A DNA stretch of 51,945 nucleotides from Azolla caroliniana (lineage: Eukaryota > Plantae > Polypodiophyta): the NCBI GenBank assembly GCA_043228905.1, contig JBHGNT010000214.1:1-51945 (forward strand), written 5' to 3'. Positions 49,901 through 51,945 of this stretch are shown piece after piece (within the stretch, counting starts at the first letter, position 1; each line of letters opens with the position of its first letter). The notes beneath the pieces were generated by a model, which was given only the letters and a program-made list of their open reading frames with translations, searched no databases and had not been told where the DNA came from. The position numbers and the translations under genes are program-made.

Positions 49901-50887
49901 TATGGAAGAGCTTTAATTTGTGGATTCATAATCTTAATGGCACAACTTCACCTATGCATTGAGAAGATTATAATCAGTGTATATCTCAATGTCGTAGTTG
50001 CTATATGCATATTATCTGTCTTAGTGAGCTTTTATTATTTTCTTTCTTGGATAATTTGAATTAAGATGGGAAACTGTATTTCTTTATTTATTGCTTACCA
50101 TTTTTCCTAATGAAGATGAGTATTTGTATTTTTTCATTATCTAAAGAATCGTTGCCTTCTGTGCTAGCAGTTCTTTGTCCCCTTTATTACTACCGTCAGA
50201 GTCACCCGCTCAATCTTTTGTTTCTTGGACTCTTTACGGTTTCAATGAGTCTTATGGTGGGAGTTGTCTGTGTCTTTACAGAAGGTTCTCTCTCTCTCTC
50301 TCTCTCTCTCCATCTTTTTAACTTATTTTGGTCTTACTTATGTAACTTGCAGTCAAATGATAGGGAATGAACGGTGAAGATAGTCAAGGATATATTGATT
50401 ATGTGTGTTGTGTGGTTGGTTCTAAACAGGAAGAGTTGTATTAGAAGCACTCATATTAACTGCAGCTGTTGTGCTTTCCCTAACTGCATACACGTTCTGG
50501 GCGGCAAAGAAAGGTTATGACTTCAACTACCTCGGCCCTATGCTTTCTTCTGCACTTATGATTCTCATTCTATTCTCTATTATTCAGGTGATTTGGTTTT
50601 TTTTGTCCGTACCCTTCATCTTCAGAATTCTCACAAGTTAATTCATCCAAACTTGATAATATTGTTTCATCATGATTGTGTGCCAGATATTTTTCCCATT
50701 TGGACCTCTTGCCACAACTATCTATGGAGCTGTTGGGTCAATTATATTCAGCTTGTACATTGTGTACGATACTGACAACCTGATCAAGCGATTCGACTAT
50801 GATGAATACATATGGGCGTCTGTGGCTCTCTACTTGGATATTCTGAACCTTTTCCTTTTATTGTTACGTCTTTTGGGACGACGGTGA
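46967..50887 (+). CDS. Bax inhibitor-1 family / Lifeguard-like (TMBIM) membrane protein, 4 exons: 46967-47210, 50171-50284, 50430-50587, 50687-50887 (238 aa)
   Basis: All introns are GT-AG and phases join to 717 nt. Motifs: RWAFIRKVYGILSIQ, HPLNLLFLGLFT, VLEALILTAAVVLSLTAYTFWA, YIVYDTDNLIKRFDYDEYIWASVALYLDILNLF, including both conserved aspartates. Confidence 0.95.
47549..48282. repeat. 92-bp minisatellite, 8 nearly identical copies, in intron 1
   Basis: TTGTTCCTTTGTAATTGAAGG starts at 47549, 47641, 47733, 47825, 47917, 48009, 48101 and 48193. Confidence 0.97.
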
Positions 50888-51945
50888 AATTGACACACAT
50901 ACACACGTGCACTTCAAAAAGTTGTACAGGTTTTTAAAGAATATTTGATGTGGAATATTAAAATATCTGGAAAGCACACTAAAAAATATACACAGGTCCC
51001 TGCAAGATGTTTGACAATGTTAATGGCCAAATGCTTAACTCATGAATAAGATGGTATTTACTGTAAAATCTTTACCTGCAGCTACAAGTTGTAAAATGTG
51101 GACTTTTATTATTATTATTTGAGCCAGCCATAGCTCACATGAAATTAATAAAGAATGACATTTGTTCTGTATATGATGCCAATCAGGGGTGTTTAATATG
51201 ACCATCTTCAAAGAAAATAAGTTAAAATTAATCTAATTCTGAAAGAATGAAAAGAAGAAAATTCTCCTATTTTCAATGTGTATTTGCAAATTATGTATTA
51301 AATGTATAAGGCGAAGAGAATATCAACAAAGTGGGAGTAATATGTAGTAGGACAACCATGTTGAATTGTATTAAAATTTTATATTGAACGTTATGAACAG
51401 ATTTATAGGTAGAAAATATGTTGATTTATGAACATATAGCAACAAGTAGTTCAATCAATTGTGGACATTATGGGTATATAATGATTTATTGACATCATGG
51501 CCTACATCCTTGGTTAATTAGCATATAATTGAATGTTGTCAATTATTTGAACAACCATATAGGGATTAGAATGAATTGGAAATATTAAGACAATAGTATC
51601 TTGATAATCTTGACTTATGTTAATGGACTAATTGAAATATTAAACTTGAAATTTTAGAAAAAATTGTGACCAGTGATTGTACTCGAACCCTTAGTTGTCA
51701 CACTCAAAGCCACCATTAGTGGCTCTAGTAAATGACCATTGTGCAAAAGCACAATTCACCATGTAGACAACAAGAAGTAGAGGTTAGATACTATGGTCAA
51801 AGCCACCATGGATGAGTATAAGAAATAGACCGAGTAGCTCCTTGTCAACTCTTTTCGATGGGAGGCTACCTAAGGAACTTTCCCACCAACATGGTTGGGG
51901 ATAGACCGTGGATGCGATTCCAACCTCTAACATGCCACTAGATCT

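Overview
Plant nuclear genomic window, probably from a non-seed plant such as a fern. That assignment is an inference from the co-occurrence of a self-priming Tcn1-type chromovirus and a tRNA-Trp-primed non-chromovirus Gypsy. About 45 kb (1-~44,935) is one deeply nested LTR-retrotransposon island that can be unpicked from LTR termini, PBS/PPT and target-site duplications. An old Copia ('Copia-A', ~3035-44556, +) hosts Copia-B (3126-18164, -) and a Trp-primed Gypsy ('Gypsy-3', 19838-~40862, +). Copia-B in turn carries a very young chromovirus ('Gypsy-1', 3368-10486) and two solo LTRs. Gypsy-3 carries a MITE, a DNA-transposon-like insert with a 1.4-kb foldback, and Copia-C (20276-30597, -), which itself carries a very young, internally deleted chromovirus ('Gypsy-2', 24394-29094, -). 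The last 5.5 kb hold an intact 4-exon Bax inhibitor-1/Lifeguard (TMBIM) family gene with a 92-bp x8 minisatellite in intron 1. The most notable signal is that five LTR or LTR-like sequences with otherwise dissimilar sequence each carry, in U3 and antisense to the LTR, a tRNA-like Pol III A-box/B-box cassette with constant 43-44 nt spacing upstream of the TATA box. Gypsy-2 also shows a Tf1-type 11-nt self-priming PBS, a -1 frameshift heptamer with a pseudoknot, and a heat-shock-element array. A ~115-bp micro-inversion scrambles the junction of three elements. All alignments were done by eye.
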